From positions 21,080,001-21,144,000 of the forward strand of contig OY740785.1 of the NCBI GenBank assembly GCA_963514005.1: DNA of 64,000 nt, written 5' to 3'. A program made the position numbers and the translations under genes. The stretch comes from Raja brachyura. Taxonomy: Eukaryota. Below are positions 61,927-64,000 of this stretch, piece by piece. The notes beneath the pieces were generated by a model, which was given only the letters and a program-made list of their open reading frames with translations, did not search any database and had not been told where the DNA came from. Position 1 is the stretch's first letter. The number at the start of each line of letters is the position of its first letter.

Positions 61927-62637
61927 TGATAATATCCTAGTTAACAAGGAAATATTTAATGTATTTTATTAAGTAAAGATTAATATTACTTCTTTGGGTT
62001 TTGAGTAAATTGGGCTTTGTGATTATGCGCTATAGAAGAGCTGGGTGATCAGGAAATTAGAGGCCTGTATTCAAACTGCATCCAAGCTGCTTCCTGTTTT
62101 GCCCAAGCAAAGGATATTGACAATGGTGGGAGAAGATGTGTTTCCTGAGAAGATTTTGCAAACAGAAGCCTTGAGAGAGGATGTGCTTCCTGAAAAGTTG
62201 GAAGTCTCTCTAAACAGAAACGTTTGTGGGTAATTGATAAAGATCCTTATATTGTTTCAGAAGGTACTGCAGGTGATACCTTTGACTAACATCCTGTTGT
62301 ATTGGGGGTTTCATAACTAAAGTTTGTGATCGATATAACCATACCATGAGAAGTATTATGTCAGTGATAAGAATACTTTGAATGGGTAGAGCCTGTGATT
62401 TATTCGTGTTAGCGTCATTGCTGTATAAACATGTGACTACGTTTCCAAAACACTATAAAAGATGTTGGATGTCTTCATTCATTAGAGTGGTGGCCCGGGG
62501 GGGGGGGGGCGTTAAGTATCTGCTGCATACTTGACTTTGTATTCCCTAACACGCTCGCCGGCTAAATGATCAGTAAAGCTTGTGTTGGTTTATCTACCTT
62601 ATTGTGAGTTGTCTGTTTTAAGAAATGAACCTTAACA
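61927..62637 (+). mobile_element. Probable ERV solo LTR inserted in a minus-strand HE1-like SINE
   Basis: TGATAA..TTAACA termini, TATAAAA ~62454, AGTAAA ~62572; SINE text TTTGGAATGTGG / GGGAGGAAACC is split around it; flanks GTGG/ATGG. Confidence 0.6.
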
Positions 62638-64000
62638 ATGGGAGGAAACCTGAACACCATGCGGTCACAGACAGAATGTACAAAGTCTGTACAGATAACA
62701 CCCATAGTCAGGTTCGAATCCGGGCCTCTGGCCCTGCGAGGGTGGGGGGGGGGGGGGTGGTTTAGTATCTGCTGCATACTTGACTTTGTATTCCCTAACA
62801 CTCTCGCCGGCTAAATGATCAGTAAAGCTTCTGTTGGTTTATCTAACTTATTTTGTGTTGTCTGTTTTAAGAAATGAACCTGCCCTGCCTAAATCCTTAG
62901 ATGCGGACTATGTAGGTAAGACCAACTGTATTGAGCTTTTTGCTACTGGGAAAGTAGTTGGTTGGAGGTTTTCCTGCTAGAAAATTAGTTGGTAAGAGAA
63001 TTTGCTACTGGGAAAGTAGTTGGTAAGGTATTTTGCTGCTTGGAGAGTAGTCGGCAATTGGTGTCGCAAACTAAAAAAGTTTGTCATTCACAAAGTAGCT
63101 GGGCTGAGAGAGTCTCGCAGCTATGAGGAATAATCTGGATAAAAGTGATGGGGGAACGCCTGTATTTTGCTGCTAGGAAAGTAGTCGTTGATTAGCAGTA
63201 ATTAAATTCAGCAGTGAGAGAGTTGAACAACGGTGATTAGCAGTAATTTAATTCAGCAGTGAGAGAGTTGAACAATGCAAATGACCAGAGAGACAAAGCA
63301 GCAGATAAATTAAAGAAGATTGGAAAAGAGAAAAAAAGCATGAGAATTGAGGCTGCTCAAGAACTTTAAATCACAAGCCAAACAGTCTGTACGGTTTAAA
63401 ACAAACTTGCCTTTGAACTTTGAATCACAGAGCTCACCTCAGCTGGAGAGAGATAAAGACAGAGAGGAGAGTTTGTGAGCGACCCAATAGTTGTGGGGGT
63501 TACACAAAAAGCTGGAGAAACTCAGCGGGTGCAACAGCATCTAAGGAGCGAAGGAGATAGGCGACATTTCGTGTCGAGACCCTTCTTCCGTGGGGTGTGG
63601 CAACATCCTGAATGACAGGGAGTCTGACCAATCACAATCTGGATCAATGTCCAATCACAGCGCCCAGGATCCTGATTGACATGGAATTGGACCATCCCAT
63701 TGTGAATCATACCAGCCCACTCATTCCTTACAGAGGAAGGCTTTTGTGGGCTTGGTTAATTCTTATTCATTTTAACTCTCTCATTCCAACAAGAAGATTT
63801 TCATAAGTTAAAGACAACGCTGACCACTACACTAGCCTAAGCCTTCCCAGTCCACCTAGCCATTAATAAGTGCAATACCCATATGAGTGGCCATGACAAA
63901 GTCTCCCAGGGGAATGTCCTAGCTTGCGGATTCTGTACATTGGTCCCCACAGAACCAAATATTCTAGTAGACAGAACAGCCTTGTCGGACAAATGAGGGA

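Overview
Eukaryotic, repeat-dense vertebrate DNA. The repeat inventory (HE1-type V-SINEs, HER1/CR1 LINEs, Penelope fragments) suggests a cartilaginous fish, probably a skate or ray; this is an inference. One host gene is clear: cornichon homolog 3 (cnih3, + strand), coding exons 2-6 at 7527-29026, with exon 1 presumably upstream of the window. The rest is nested mobile DNA: the 5' end of an antisense tRNA-Pro-primed ERV, a 5'-truncated Vingi/Ingi LINE with TSD, tandem and head-to-head Helitrons, Harbinger MITEs, three copies of a TAG..CTA DNA element with 7-bp TSDs, a complete DIRS1 element inside a Tc1 relic, two Gypsy elements and a solo LTR. A CpG island with an RFX X-box at about 35 kb probably marks the next promoter. 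The most unusual signal is a 128-bp TSD-flanked element (21934-22061, - strand). Its first 54 nt fold exactly as a minimal HDV-like self-cleaving ribozyme, and its 3' tail and TSD geometry match the Vingi LINE 5 kb away, so it looks like a ribozyme-headed SINE plus its candidate driver. Many Penelope-derived repeats also carry minimal hammerhead ribozyme cores, some on both strands. Most entries in the ORF track are spurious. All calls were made by eye with no database search.
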